Shown: piece after piece, positions 1 through 10,886 of the stretch
Position numbering within the stretch: position 1 is the first letter of the stretch
How the letters are laid out: every line of letters starts with the position of its first letter
Source of the DNA: Candidatus Krumholzibacteriia bacterium
GTDB lineage: Bacteria; Krumholzibacteriota; Krumholzibacteriia; Krumholzibacteriales; Krumholzibacteriaceae
NCBI GenBank assembly: GCA_963836185.1
Contig: CAWIIQ010000001.1
Span: 2,016,001-2,080,000, forward strand
Length of the DNA: 64,000 nt
Reading direction: 5' to 3'
The notes under the pieces: generated by a model
Database searches by the model: none
Told to the model about the DNA's origin: nothing
Seen by the model: only the letters and a program-made list of their open reading frames with translations
Program-made: the position numbers and the translations under genes

Positions 1-507
1 GGGGACGTAGCATGAAGCTCCATAACCGAGAAACCTGTCGAAAGCCTCCTGAAACTCGATCACGACACCTTTATTCAGCAGCACCTTCGCGACATGCGGC
101 CTTCCGACCGTACCGGGCCCCGCTTCAGCCAGGATATCATCCAGTGTCACTGACACCCCGAGTTCCTGAAGCTTGACGGCGATCTTCGCCGCCCTCTCCG
201 CCCTGCCCCTCTCGAGGTCCTCGAGGACGGCGGCCAGTCTCATATCGGAAAGACCGACGCAGTATCCGAGGATATGTATGTCTAGTTCCTCTTCCTTTAC
301 GCTGAACTCGATTCCGGTGACGATTTCAACCCCCAGCGCCCTGCCCGCCTCGATCGCTTCTTCCTGCCCGGCGGCCGTATCGTGATCGGATATCGACACC
401 GCTGAAAGTCCCGCATCGGCAGCAGCGCGCACGATAGACGCAGGGGACATCGCCCCGTCTGAATAGTACGAATGTATGTGAAGGTCGCAGGAAGAAATGG
501 AGTTCAT
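1..507 (-). CDS. PHP-domain phosphoesterase (YciV/TrpH-like), runs off the window edge
   Basis: Manual translation from ATG at 507: MNSISSCDLHIHSYYSDG...AVSISDHDT...VTGIEF...HILGY...VGRPHVA, the PHP metal-binding motifs. Not in the ORF track because it is truncated. Confidence 0.9.
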   Translation of the reverse strand, partial: MNSISSCDLHIHSYYSDGAMSPASIVRAAADAGLSAVSISDHDTAAGQEEAIEAGRALGVEIVTGIEFSVKEEELDIHILGYCVGLSDMRLAAVLEDLERGRAERAAKIAVKLQELGVSVTLDDILAEAGPGTVGRPHVAKVLLNKGVVIEFQEAFDRFLGYGASCYVP

Positions 508-516
508 CCGGTTCTT

Positions 517-2184
517 TCAGCTTACGGTGCTGTACTTCTTCATCTTTTCCGAGATCTCGCGGAAGGTCACGTCGACTATATAGACTTCCTCGAAATGCTC
601 CCTCGCCTTGTCGGATTCTTCGAGCGCCTCGTACGCGAGACCGAGATTATAATGGATACCGAGGTTGTCCCCGCCCGTATTCATAGCGATCTCCAGCCCT
701 CGGTTGAGCTGCTTGACCGCAAGCCGCGGATTGTCGAGAAGCAGGAAGCAGTGACCTATCATCTCGAGGCTTCTGAGCTGAAGCTGTTCGGACCTCGACG
801 ATATCTGCAGTTCCTTGATCGACTCGTTGTAGAGGGCCATCTCGATGTAAGCCATGCCGAGATCGTAGTGACTCCTGAAATCATTCTCCTCCACATCGCT
901 CGTGATCTCGCTCGTGATCTCCTCGGCGAGTTTCTCCGTATCGACCGTATCTGACTCAATGGCGGCGTCCTCGGCTTCGAGGATGTCGGAAAGATCGTCG
1001 TCGATTTCAGTGACGCCCGCGTCAGGTTCCTCTTCCGTATCGTCAGCGGGGACCTCATCGATGATATACTCCTCGGCCGCCTTCGGAACAGGAGCGGTTT
1101 CCACGACAGGCTCAGCCACAGGCTCGACCGGTATCTCGTACTCGTTCACGGGAGTCTCAACAACGGGCTCCGCCGGTATCTCATACTCGTTCACGGGAGC
1201 CTCAGCAGCGGGCTCTGCCGGTATCTCATACTCGTTCACGGGAGCCTCAGCGGCGGGCTCCGCCGGTATCTCATACTCGTTCACGGGAGCCTCAGCGGCG
1301 GGCTCTGCCGGTATCTCATACTCGTTCACGGGAGCCTCAGCGGCGGGCTCGGTCCGGGATTCCTGCACGGGGGTCCCAGCGGCGGCCGGCACTTCCTCGA
1401 CGACAGGTTCCTGCGCCGGGGCCTCCGCTTCAGCCGGATTGCTCCCCGCGGCCTCAGCGGCAGCGGAAGTATCGATCTCCTCCACGGTAAGATCAGGCTC
1501 TTCGTCGATATCTTCGTCATCTGCCAGCTCGATACACTCGCTGAGGATCTCCTCGATCCTTCCCTGTTCCTCGGCTGACAGCGCTCCCCGGAGAAGATCG
1601 AGCCTGCTCCGGTAGAAATCTGTCTTGTCACCGTCACCCTTACCGACGCTCCGGACGATAAGTTTCGCGAATATCTCTGCCGCCGCGATCTTCAGCCCGA
1701 TCTGGGTAAGGACCTCGCCGGCCCTTGAGTGAAGCTCGTCATCTTCCGGCACGAGCTCCAGTGCCAGCTCCACCTTCGGGAGGACCATCTCCGGCCGCGC
1801 TCCGCCCTCGTCGACGGTTACCATGTCGAAATACTGGATGAAGAGCCCGCAGGCCTCGCCGGTGAATTTCTGCTTTGCCTTGAGCTCTCCGAGCTTAAAT
1901 ATCGATTCGAGCCTGTTGGGGACGACTCTGAGTATCTTCTTGCACACCGCTACGGCGTTGTTGTACAGGGCGACCTTTTCGTAATTGTCAACGGCCTTCT
2001 CGAAGGACGAGACGGCCTGCATCTTGTCATCAGCCTTCAGGTATATGTCGCCGAGCTCGTTGTAGAGGTTCGGATTGCGGGATTCGACCTGGAGGAGCTT
2101 CTTGTAAGCTTCGATCGCTTCACTTACCTTGCCCTTCTTCAGGAAACCCTGAGCCTTCTGTCTGTACTGACTGGCCTTGCTCAC
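517..2184 (-). CDS. TPR protein with long acidic/Pro-rich linker and C-terminal FimV-like TPR
   Basis: N-terminal TPRs (LYNELGDIYLK), central E/P/A-rich repeats, C-terminal HYDLGMAYIEM and HYNLGLAYEAL TPRs. Confidence 0.8.
   Translation of the reverse strand: MSKASQYRQKAQGFLKKGKVSEAIEAYKKLLQVESRNPNLYNELGDIYLKADDKMQAVSSFEKAVDNYEKVALYNNAVAVCKKILRVVPNRLESIFKLGELKAKQKFTGEACGLFIQYFDMVTVDEGGARPEMVLPKVELALELVPEDDELHSRAGEVLTQIGLKIAAAEIFAKLIVRSVGKGDGDKTDFYRSRLDLLRGALSAEEQGRIEEILSECIELADDEDIDEEPDLTVEEIDTSAAAEAAGSNPAEAEAPAQEPVVEEVPAAAGTPVQESRTEPAAEAPVNEYEIPAEPAAEAPVNEYEIPAEPAAEAPVNEYEIPAEPAAEAPVNEYEIPAEPVVETPVNEYEIPVEPVAEPVVETAPVPKAAEEYIIDEVPADDTEEEPDAGVTEIDDDLSDILEAEDAAIESDTVDTEKLAEEITSEITSDVEENDFRSHYDLGMAYIEMALYNESIKELQISSRSEQLQLRSLEMIGHCFLLLDNPRLAVKQLNRGLEIAMNTGGDNLGIHYNLGLAYEALEESDKAREHFEEVYIVDVTFREISEKMKKYSTVS
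1128..1350. repeat. Five-copy 45-bp coding tandem repeat (EAPVNEYEIPAEPAA)
   Basis: Unit ccggtatctc(a/g)tactcgttcacgggag... recurs at 1128, 1173, 1218, 1263, 1308. Confidence 0.95.
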
Positions 2185-3518
2185 AGCCCCACCTCGCTTC
2201 TCTCCCGGTACCCCTGGAGCTCCCAGGCCACTTCGCCATCCTTGAATACGACTGCGGCGTGGTTTTCACCCGCACGGGACGGTATCTCGCGATAGTCCTC
2301 CACATCGTAGATCACAAAATCAGCCTTCTTGCCCTTTTCCAGAGATCCCACTTCATCCGCCATACCGACTGCGCACGCGGCGTTGTATGTCGCGGCGACT
2401 ATCGCCTCTGCCGGTACCATCCCCATCTGGGAACAGGCTATCGAAACGGCGAGCGGCATCGAATGCGAAGGCGCGCTCCCCGGGTTGAAATCAGTTGAAA
2501 GGGCGACCGCCACATCGGAATCGATCATCTCCCTGGCGGGAGCGTAATGCCTCGAAGCAAGTCCGAAAGAGGTCGCCGGCAGGAGAACCGCTATCGTCGG
2601 ACTTCCTGAGAGAGCGGCTATCCCGTCCGCGGTCACCTTTGTGAGATGCTCGACCGAGACGGCTCCCATCTCGACGGCGAGCTCTGTCCCGCCCAGCGCG
2701 TATATCTCGTCGGAATGCACTTTCAGGCCGAAGCCGTGCTTTTTTCCCGCCTCGAGTATCCGCCTCGTCTCTTCCACGTCGAAGACGCCTTTCTCACAGA
2801 ACACGTCGATGTACCTGGCAAGCCCCGCTTCGGCTACCGCCGGCATCATCTCGTCTATCAGCTTGTCGATGTACGTGTCATCTTCCTTACCGCCGGGCGG
2901 CTTGTGATGAGCGCCCATGAAAGTCGCCACCACGTCAAGAGGAGTTCCCGCGCCGAGACGCGCGATCACCCGGAGCTGTTTCATCTCGCTCTCTAGATCG
3001 AGCCCGTATCCGCTCTTGATCTCGATCGTCGTGACGCCCTGCTCGAGCATCTTGAGGACCCGTCGCCTGCTCTTCTCGAACAGCCTGTCCTCGCCGGTCT
3101 CCCGTACTTCCCTGACGGAGCGCTTGATCCCGCCTCCGCGTTTGTCGATATCGAGGTAACTGTCTCCCCTGATCCTCGCCTCGTACTCGTCGGCCCTGTA
3201 TCCGGCGAAGACGGCGTGCGTGTGAGGGTCGACCCAGCCGGGCATCACTACCCGGCCATCGGCGTATATCGTCGAAATTATCTCTGAGCCCCTGACAGCG
3301 GTCTTTACCTCGTCCTCCGTGCCCACCGCGACGATCCGACCGGCTGAGACGGCTATAGCGCCGCCTTTTACCAGGCCGGGATCTGCAAGATTTCTTCCCC
3401 TTCGTGGTCCCTTTTCGCCGCTTCGACAGGTTATCAGCTGTCCGGCGCCGAGGAGCACCAAATCGACAGAGTCAGGCAAGCGCCACTCCTTGCATAATCG
3501 AACCACAGTCCCGCCCAT
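2181..3518 (-). CDS. hutI: Imidazolonepropionase
   Basis: PGWVDPHTHAVF, EIKSGYGLD, DVFCEKG, KVHSDE, STDFNPGS motifs; next to hutU. Confidence 0.95.
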   Translation of the reverse strand: MGGTVVRLCKEWRLPDSVDLVLLGAGQLITCRSGEKGPRRGRNLADPGLVKGGAIAVSAGRIVAVGTEDEVKTAVRGSEIISTIYADGRVVMPGWVDPHTHAVFAGYRADEYEARIRGDSYLDIDKRGGGIKRSVREVRETGEDRLFEKSRRRVLKMLEQGVTTIEIKSGYGLDLESEMKQLRVIARLGAGTPLDVVATFMGAHHKPPGGKEDDTYIDKLIDEMMPAVAEAGLARYIDVFCEKGVFDVEETRRILEAGKKHGFGLKVHSDEIYALGGTELAVEMGAVSVEHLTKVTADGIAALSGSPTIAVLLPATSFGLASRHYAPAREMIDSDVAVALSTDFNPGSAPSHSMPLAVSIACSQMGMVPAEAIVAATYNAACAVGMADEVGSLEKGKKADFVIYDVEDYREIPSRAGENHAAVVFKDGEVAWELQGYRERSEVGL

Positions 3519-3602
3519 ACGCGGGCAAAATGCATAAATCGTGTGTTGCGAAAGTGGTACCCGGTTTTGAACCGTTCCTGCCCGGCCGATGCGGAAGGGT
3601 AA

Positions 3603-5258
3603 TCATTTTCCCAGCATCGGAAGGTCGAGCCCTGCATCTTTCGCTTTTTCAATGGCTATCGTATAGCCGGCATCGGCGTGTCTTGCAACTCCTGTGCCAG
3701 GGTCATTATTGAGGCAACGCGCTAATTTTATACGGCCTTCCGGCGTTCCGTCGGCCACCACCGCGATACCGGCGTGGATCGATAATCCCATGCCCACACC
3801 ACCCCCGTGATGGACCGAGACCCATGCCGCTCCACTCGCGGTATTGAGCAGCGCGTTGAGGATCGGCCAGTCCGCCACCGCGTCGCTGCCGTCCTTCATA
3901 GCCTCAGTCTCCCGGTACGGTGAAGCGACCGACCCGCTGTCGAGATGATCGCGCCCGATGACGATCGGCGCGCTGATCTCCCCGCTGGCCACGAGGTCAT
4001 GCATCGCGAGGCCCAGTCTTTCCCTCTCGCCGTACTCGAGCCAGCAGATCCTCGAAGGCAGTCCCTGGAAGGCGACCTGTTCGCGTGCCATCCTTATCCA
4101 GCGGCAGAGTGATTCGTTCTCGGGGAACATCTCGAGGACGAGGTCGTCGGTCCTCCAGATATCCTCCTTCTTTCCGGAAAGGGCGATCCATCGAAACGGC
4201 CCTTTGCCGGTGCAGAACATCGGTCTTATGAATGCGGGAACAAAACCGGGGAAATCGAAGGCGTTCTTCAGGCCGCCGGTCTCAGCCTGTCCGCGGATGT
4301 TGTTGCCGTAATCGAATACGATCGATCCCTTCGCCTGCAGGTCGAGCATCGCCTGGACATGGAGGACGATGGACTCGGTCGCCTCCTTGATGTACCTGTC
4401 GGGATTGCTCTCCCTCAGTCCCGCTGCCTCTTCGAGCGTGTATCCTCTAGGCACATATCCGTTGAGCGGATCGTGAGCGGAGGTCTGATCGGTGACAACG
4501 TCGATGACGATGTCTCTCTTCGCGAGCTCAGGGAAGACATCGGCCGCGTTCCCGACAAGGCCTATCGATAAAGGCTTTTTCGCCTTCACAGCTTCTTCCG
4601 CCTTCGCGAGGGCGGTGTCGAGGTCTGTCTCCATCACGTCGCAGTATTTTGTCTCGAGCCTTCTCTTGATCCGTTCGGGATCGACCTCGACTATGAGGCA
4701 GACGCCGCCGTTCATCGTCACGGCGAGAGGCTGAGCTCCGCTCATCCCGCCGAGTCCGCCTGAGAGGACGAACCTCCCTGCAAGGGTCCCTCCGAAATGC
4801 TGCCTGGCGCACTCGGAGAATGTCTCGTATGTCCCCTGCAGGATCCCCTGCGTGCCGATGTACATCCAGGAGCCGGCCGTCATCTGGCCGTACATCATCA
4901 GGTCCTTCGATTCGAGCTCCCAGAAGTGCTCCCACGTGGCCCACTTCGGAACGAGAAGGGAGTTGGCGAGCAGAACGCGCGGGGCGCCCTCATGGGTCGG
5001 GAATACCGCGACCGGCTTTCCCGACTGGATCAGAAGGGTCTCGTCGTTACCGAGGCGCTTGAGGGTATCGATGATGGCGTAGTAGCAGTCCCAGTTCCTC
5101 GCCGCTTTCCCCCTGCCCCCGTACACGACCAGCTCTGCGGGATTCTCCGCGTTCTCCGGGTCGAGGTTGTTCATGAGCATCCTCATCGCCGCTTCCTGGA
5201 ACCATCCCTGGCAGGTGATATCACTGCCGCGGGGAGCTCTGATTACTTCCGGACTCAT
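3603..5258 (-). CDS. hutU: Urocanate hydratase
   Basis: [46 protein letters not shown] motifs. Confidence 0.98.
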   Translation of the reverse strand: MSPEVIRAPRGSDITCQGWFQEAAMRMLMNNLDPENAENPAELVVYGGRGKAARNWDCYYAIIDTLKRLGNDETLLIQSGKPVAVFPTHEGAPRVLLANSLLVPKWATWEHFWELESKDLMMYGQMTAGSWMYIGTQGILQGTYETFSECARQHFGGTLAGRFVLSGGLGGMSGAQPLAVTMNGGVCLIVEVDPERIKRRLETKYCDVMETDLDTALAKAEEAVKAKKPLSIGLVGNAADVFPELAKRDIVIDVVTDQTSAHDPLNGYVPRGYTLEEAAGLRESNPDRYIKEATESIVLHVQAMLDLQAKGSIVFDYGNNIRGQAETGGLKNAFDFPGFVPAFIRPMFCTGKGPFRWIALSGKKEDIWRTDDLVLEMFPENESLCRWIRMAREQVAFQGLPSRICWLEYGERERLGLAMHDLVASGEISAPIVIGRDHLDSGSVASPYRETEAMKDGSDAVADWPILNALLNTASGAAWVSVHHGGGVGMGLSIHAGIAVVADGTPEGRIKLARCLNNDPGTGVARHADAGYTIAIEKAKDAGLDLPMLGK

Positions 5259-5417
5259 TTCCAGTTACCTCCGAACAAGGTTTCGGTCAATCACGTAACG
5301 CTCTGTAATAATATGTGTTAAATCATAATCTTGCGCCCGTTTGAACGGGAATCACTCTACACTATCCGCACCCCCGATGGCAACCGTAAATGGCGCCTGA
5401 GAACTGTAACCGTCCCT

Positions 5418-7745
5418 TTACATCCCTTTCTTTTCAAACCATCCGGCCGCCGAGCCGGCGGCGTCACCGATCGAGGATACCTGCTTCGCCTTCACCGGCA
5501 GCGACGAAAGTACAGCGGGAGCGTACGACTTCGTTCCGAGACGGGGATCCATCAGGACCACCACCCCGCGGTCGTCCTTTCTCCTGATCAACCTCCCTAC
5601 CCCCTGCCTCAGCCTCAGGATCGCCTCGGGAAGGGAAAGCATCGTAAATGGATTACCTCCATCTGCCTGCATCCTCTCGGACCTCGCCTCGATGACAGGC
5701 TCAGTCGGAACAGGAAAGGGGAGCTTGGGTATAACGAGGATCTCGAGCTCGCCGCCGGGAAAATCGACTCCCTCCCAGAAGGAGGCTACTCCGAGAAGAA
5801 CCGCGCCCCCGGACGACCTGAACGTCGACGCCAGCTCTTCCCTGCTCATGCCGCCCCCCTGCACGAGAAGGGTCCCGCTGAATCCGAGGTCTTCGAGCTC
5901 ATCCCTCGTGGCAAGGCACATCCTGTACGAAGTGAAAAGGGCCATTATCCTCCGGCCCGTTGCTCCCGACAGGCCTGATATCATCCGGCCCACATTTCCG
6001 GCGAACGATTCGTCGTTAGGATCGCTGCCGCCGCCTGTCCTCATTATAAGGAGGTTCCTCTCGTAGTCGAAGGGTGAGCCCGCAACGAGGTTCACCGGCT
6101 CCTTCCCGGTCAGGCCTATCCCCAGCCTGTCCATCACGTAACCGAACGACCCGTTCTCGGCCAGCGTGGCAGAGGTGAAGACGGCCGTGGCGGTACGCTC
6201 CTCGAGATAGTCCGCAAAGCGCCTGTCGATCTCGAGGGGAGAGCCGCAGAGAGCGGCGACCCTGCCGCCCCCTGTCCATTCTATCCAGAAGACCCCGTCG
6301 GGATCTGAACCGTCCTGGAGGTATCTCACCGATTCGGCCAGCCCCTCGAGCTCCTCGTCGATGAAGCGCAGTTCGTTCTGCATGACCATCATCGACTGGG
6401 GGACACTCACACTACAAAACAGTTTAAGTATCTCTCGTATTTCATTATTAATAAAGTAGAAGCGGTCAAATACATCGTCCGCTTCAGAGAACGTCCCTTC
6501 GCCGTACCGTGTTCTCGTCCCTGCCGCTCCACCACTCGAAAGTGCCGCTGCTGCCGAGAATATCGCCGCATAATCGGCCTCGAGCTCACCCTTCTTCCCC
6601 GAGAGGGCCTGCACCCTGCCCGCCCAGCTGGACGCCTCGTCTCCACCTCCGGCAGCCCCCAGTTCATGGACCAGCATCTTCCATCTCTGCGACAGGGGCG
6701 ATACCGGCTCGATCTGCTCGAATATCCTCTCGAGTGTGTTCGACGATATCCTCGTCGAGAGGTTGTCCATCACGCATTTCTCGAGATGATGAGCCTCATC
6801 GAATATGACGCGGGTATACGGGCCGAGGACAGTCCCTCCCTGCCTGTAGTCCGTCATCAGCAGAGCATGGTTCACAAAGAGGATCGCCGACTCTGCCGCC
6901 CTCTTTCTCGCCGAGAGCAGCGGACAGCCTCCGGCGTGTGAGCAGGCCTTCATCAGGCATCGTGGAGGTGCGCAGATCGAGCGAGCGGGAAAGGGCATGG
7001 CGGATGACGGGATCGACTCGGCAGTTCCCTCGGAGGCCAGTGCGGCGGCGAGCCCGAGCTTCAGGGCCCCCTCCGGGTCGTCGCCGGCGAGCCTTACCGT
7101 CCTGGAGACGAGCTTTCGCGAGCAGATATAGTTCTCCCTGCCCATCAGCCTCTCTACCGGCAGGCCCGGCCCGGTGAATGAACGGAGGATCGGAAGCTCC
7201 TTCTCGAGGAGCTGCTGCTGGAGATTTCTCGTGTGGGTGGAGATGACGATCCGCTCGCCGGTCGCAGCAGAGAAGATGGCGGACGGAAGGAGATAGGCTA
7301 GGGATTTCCCCGTTCCTGTTCCAGCCTCTACGAACGAGATCTCGTCCCGCACGAGCGCGGTCATGACCGTCCTGGCCATCGCCGCCTGCCCTTCGCGCTT
7401 CTCACCGAGGATCTCCTGTATCCTGCCTATATCGCGGTCGATCGCCCTCTCGAGCTCGGCCGGGTCGATGCCGGCCTGCCGGGGCACCTGCCGCGGCGCC
7501 TCCCCGGAAAGATCCTCCTCGGCAGGCCCCTCAAAGAGGTCGTCCTTTCCAGAGGAGGAGATCACCGCCCGCTCGAGTATATCGATACCGGAAAAGGATA
7601 TCTCGCGCGCGAAACGCAGCAGAAGAGCCGGCGGCACAGGGCCCGACGCTATCGCGGAGCTCAGACGCACCGGTGCGTCAGGCTCAAGAAGTGATTCCCT
7701 GTAGTCATGGGGTACAAGATCGAGAAATGCCTCTACGCCAGGCAT
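5418..7745 (-). CDS. DinG/YoaA-family ATP-dependent helicase
   Basis: EAGTGTGKS Walker A, DEAH, FWEGVD, QGVGRLIR. Confidence 0.92.
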   Translation of the reverse strand: MPGVEAFLDLVPHDYRESLLEPDAPVRLSSAIASGPVPPALLLRFAREISFSGIDILERAVISSSGKDDLFEGPAEEDLSGEAPRQVPRQAGIDPAELERAIDRDIGRIQEILGEKREGQAAMARTVMTALVRDEISFVEAGTGTGKSLAYLLPSAIFSAATGERIVISTHTRNLQQQLLEKELPILRSFTGPGLPVERLMGRENYICSRKLVSRTVRLAGDDPEGALKLGLAAALASEGTAESIPSSAMPFPARSICAPPRCLMKACSHAGGCPLLSARKRAAESAILFVNHALLMTDYRQGGTVLGPYTRVIFDEAHHLEKCVMDNLSTRISSNTLERIFEQIEPVSPLSQRWKMLVHELGAAGGGDEASSWAGRVQALSGKKGELEADYAAIFSAAAALSSGGAAGTRTRYGEGTFSEADDVFDRFYFINNEIREILKLFCSVSVPQSMMVMQNELRFIDEELEGLAESVRYLQDGSDPDGVFWIEWTGGGRVAALCGSPLEIDRRFADYLEERTATAVFTSATLAENGSFGYVMDRLGIGLTGKEPVNLVAGSPFDYERNLLIMRTGGGSDPNDESFAGNVGRMISGLSGATGRRIMALFTSYRMCLATRDELEDLGFSGTLLVQGGGMSREELASTFRSSGGAVLLGVASFWEGVDFPGGELEILVIPKLPFPVPTEPVIEARSERMQADGGNPFTMLSLPEAILRLRQGVGRLIRRKDDRGVVVLMDPRLGTKSYAPAVLSSLPVKAKQVSSIGDAAGSAAGWFEKKGM

Positions 7746-7766
7746 CGAGATCCTCCTCCGCCCCTG

Positions 7767-9041
7767 CTATTCCCTGCTGCGCTTCGTCCCCCTGATCGCG
7801 CAGAACTCCCCGCACATCGTGCAGAGGTCCTCCGATCCCGCGGGGCTCGCGTCGAACATCTCCCTCGCCTTCGGAGGATCGATACTCGAATCGAGAGCTG
7901 CCTGCCAGTCGAGCTTCGCCCTCGAGGTTGAGATCTTCCGGTCCCAGTCGGCCGCTCCGCGGACGCCCTTGGCGATATCTCCCGCATGGGCGGCGATCCT
8001 CGTGCCGATGACGCCGTCACGCACATCCGCTACAGAAGGGAGCCTCAGATGCTCCGCCGGTGTGACATAGCAGAGGAAATCGGCACCGTGCCACGCCGCG
8101 ACCGCACCGCCGATCGCTGCGGTGATGTGATCGTATCCGGGGGCGACATCTGTCACGAGCGGTCCGAGAACGTAGAAGGGCGCTCCTCCGCAGACCTTCT
8201 TCTGCAGCATCATGTTCGCGGGGATCTCGTGGATAGGCACATGGCCGGGGCCCTCGACGAAAACGCTGACCCCCGCTTTTCTCGCCCTGTCGACCAGTTC
8301 CCCGATGACGAGCAGTTCGCCTATCTGCGGACGGTCGGTCGAATCGGCGATCGCTCCGGGGCGCAGGCCGTCTCCGAGACTCAGCGCGAAGTCGTATTCG
8401 TGCGCGAGCTCGAGGAGCTCGTCGTAATATTCGTAGTACGGGTTCTCCTTTTCATTCTTCACGATCCACTGGAGAAGGAAGCAGCCTCCCCGGCTTACGA
8501 CTCCGGCGGTCCTGCTCCTGGCCACCTCTTCGGCGAGCCTGCGCACAAGGCCGCAATGTATAGTCATGAAATCGACGCCGTCTTTCGCCTGGCGCTCGAC
8601 TACTCCGAGAAAATCTTTCTTCGTGCAGTCCGCTATCTCCCCGCCTCTTCTCGTCACCTCGACGACAGACTGGTATATCGGGACCGTCCCGACAGGGACT
8701 GTGCATTTCTCGAGGATCGTCCGCCTTATCGCGTCGATGTCTCCCCCAGTCGAGAGGTCCATCAGAGCGTCGGCTCCAGCCTCTATGGCGACTTCGAGCT
8801 TCTCCAGTTCTATCGCGGGATCGTCATGGTCCGGGCTCGTACCTATATTGGCGTTTACCTTTGTGCTCAGACCCTCGCCGATACCTATCACCCGGCTGTG
8901 AGAACGAGCGTACCCGTTGATCACGACCCTCCCGTCGGCGACAAGGACCCTGAGCTCTTCGGGATCTATTCCTTCGAACCGCGCCACTTCCTTCAGTGCG
9001 GATGTTATCTCGCCCGCCCTGGCCTTTTCGACTTCCGTCAC
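7767..9041 (-). CDS. thiC: Phosphomethylpyrimidine synthase (short ThiC form)
   Basis: KVNANIGTS, MDLSTGG, SRGG, EGPGH, CYVTPAEHL, C-terminal CTMCGEFC Fe-S motif. Confidence 0.93.
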   Translation of the reverse strand: MTEVEKARAGEITSALKEVARFEGIDPEELRVLVADGRVVINGYARSHSRVIGIGEGLSTKVNANIGTSPDHDDPAIELEKLEVAIEAGADALMDLSTGGDIDAIRRTILEKCTVPVGTVPIYQSVVEVTRRGGEIADCTKKDFLGVVERQAKDGVDFMTIHCGLVRRLAEEVARSRTAGVVSRGGCFLLQWIVKNEKENPYYEYYDELLELAHEYDFALSLGDGLRPGAIADSTDRPQIGELLVIGELVDRARKAGVSVFVEGPGHVPIHEIPANMMLQKKVCGGAPFYVLGPLVTDVAPGYDHITAAIGGAVAAWHGADFLCYVTPAEHLRLPSVADVRDGVIGTRIAAHAGDIAKGVRGAADWDRKISTSRAKLDWQAALDSSIDPPKAREMFDASPAGSEDLCTMCGEFCAIRGTKRSRE

Positions 9042-9125
9042 GCGGAGCCTCCTCTCGTCATTCGTTCAAGGGCAATCTAGTATAATCTACAGGTCCTGCC
9101 CTTGCTACCAAGTTTTTTCGGATGC

Positions 9126-10886
9126 TCAGAAGTTCTCGATAAGAGATATGTGGATCAGCATGCCGTCCAGTGCGACCTTCTCTCCCATTCCGAAGCTCAG
9201 CGCCACCGTGCCGAGCTTCGAGGAGGACATAAGACCGAACCCGAGCCCGTCGAGGAAGTTCCAGCCGGTGTCTTTCCTGTAATACACCCCGGCGTCGTAG
9301 AAAAGGAATATCCTCGAAGCCCCGCCGAACCTGTATTCGAAGTTGGCCCAGCCGATCTTCTCGCCGCGGAACTGGTTCTCGCGATATCCTCTCAGGCTCC
9401 TCGCCCCGCCGAGCGGGTACGTCTCTGCCGGCTGGACGGCATCTTTGGAGAAGACTCCCATCGAAACGAGCCGCATGTAGACCGACTGCCTGGAAAAGAC
9501 AGGTATCTCAGTGTCCCCTTCGACACTGTAAAGAAGCTGGCCATCGGTGTCAGTCACGTCGCCGGTGTATCCCTTCCGTAACGCTCCCTCCACCCTTAGA
9601 GCCAGATGGGCGCGCCCCGGCCAGATCGCCCTTGCTCCCGTGCGGAACCTGTGACGCACGCTCCTGTCAAGATCGGGATCGTTCTGCGGGATGTTGTTGT
9701 CCCATGAATAGCCGGCTGACAGCTCGCTGCCCGGACTCAAGCTGAGGCTCATGTCGAAGCCGACCATCGAGTAGTCGTACAGAGTATCGTAAACGTCCTG
9801 CCTCAACTCCGCGTCCAGTCCGGGAGGGAGCGAGAAAAAGAAATCCTCTGAGTACCTGAACTGGAGCGTCTGGAAACTCACTCCATCGTTGAGCCACCTG
9901 AAATCGACGTCCCTTCCGCTGCCCCCGATATTCCTCAGGGCGATGTCGACTGACCCGTTCGTGACATAGCCTTCGTCTTCTTTCTTGGCAAACCCGAATA
10001 TTCCCTGGATCGAATTCCCCCGATTCATCTCCTCGACGGGGATCCTCACATCCACCGTTCCGGGGCCGAGCCTTCTGACCTCGGGCTGGCCGACGCTGGA
10101 AAAGAGGCCGGAGGCCGAGAGATAGCGCGGAGCCCGAGCCAGCTTCTCCTCGTCGAACCGCTCTCCCTCACCGAGTCTCGAGGTCTTAAGCGCCAGCGAG
10201 GTATCGGTCTTCGTGAGGCCGTCGAAAACGACTGTCTCCACTATCGATTCCTCGCCGCCGTATACGGCGAAGTTCAGATCTACGGTGTTCGACCCGGGAT
10301 CGTATTCGAAACCGGTCATCCAGACCTGGGCATAGGGATAGCCTGCATGATTAAGCTCACCCAGAAGCTCCTTCATCGCGCTCTCCAAGGCGACCGGATC
10401 GAACGGCATACCCTCGCCGGCTCCGAGCTTACCCACCAGCTCCGCTTCGGGGATGACTTCCGATCCTGTGACCGTGACGCCATCGATCCTCGTCAGGCTT
10501 CCTTCGGAGATCAGCATCGTTATCTCTACTGACTCTCCCCTCACCACCGTGTCGACGGCGGCACGCGCGCCGAGCAGTCCAACGGAGAAGCACAGGGAAT
10601 CGATCCTCCCGAGCTCGAGATCGAGGAGTGAATCGCTCAGCTGAGAGCCCTTCCTGAGATAGCTCCCGCGTCCGGCTGCCCCGACATCGATCAGCTCCAA
10701 TCCTTCCCAGCGGACCTTCGATATCCAGGGACGGACCACGGATGCGCTGTCCCCGACCTCCTGTGCGGAAGCGATGCCCCCTGCGGCGGACACACCTCCC
10801 CACGGGGCGGAGAGGACCGCCGTCGCGACGAGCGCGGCCGCCACGAACGCTCTAGAAGTAAGCGCGGCTTTCCAGCTTGAAAGCAT
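9126..10886 (-). CDS. BamA/TamA (Omp85) family outer membrane protein with POTRA domains
   Basis: Signal peptide, POTRA-like segments, LGGARSLRGY loop motif, C-terminal F. Confidence 0.88.
   Translation of the reverse strand: MLSSWKAALTSRAFVAAALVATAVLSAPWGGVSAAGGIASAQEVGDSASVVRPWISKVRWEGLELIDVGAAGRGSYLRKGSQLSDSLLDLELGRIDSLCFSVGLLGARAAVDTVVRGESVEITMLISEGSLTRIDGVTVTGSEVIPEAELVGKLGAGEGMPFDPVALESAMKELLGELNHAGYPYAQVWMTGFEYDPGSNTVDLNFAVYGGEESIVETVVFDGLTKTDTSLALKTSRLGEGERFDEEKLARAPRYLSASGLFSSVGQPEVRRLGPGTVDVRIPVEEMNRGNSIQGIFGFAKKEDEGYVTNGSVDIALRNIGGSGRDVDFRWLNDGVSFQTLQFRYSEDFFFSLPPGLDAELRQDVYDTLYDYSMVGFDMSLSLSPGSELSAGYSWDNNIPQNDPDLDRSVRHRFRTGARAIWPGRAHLALRVEGALRKGYTGDVTDTDGQLLYSVEGDTEIPVFSRQSVYMRLVSMGVFSKDAVQPAETYPLGGARSLRGYRENQFRGEKIGWANFEYRFGGASRIFLFYDAGVYYRKDTGWNFLDGLGFGLMSSSKLGTVALSFGMGEKVALDGMLIHISLIENF

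Noticed and set aside
1128-1350. 45-bp tandem repeat as CRISPR
   Set aside because: No unique spacers; it is an in-frame coding repeat
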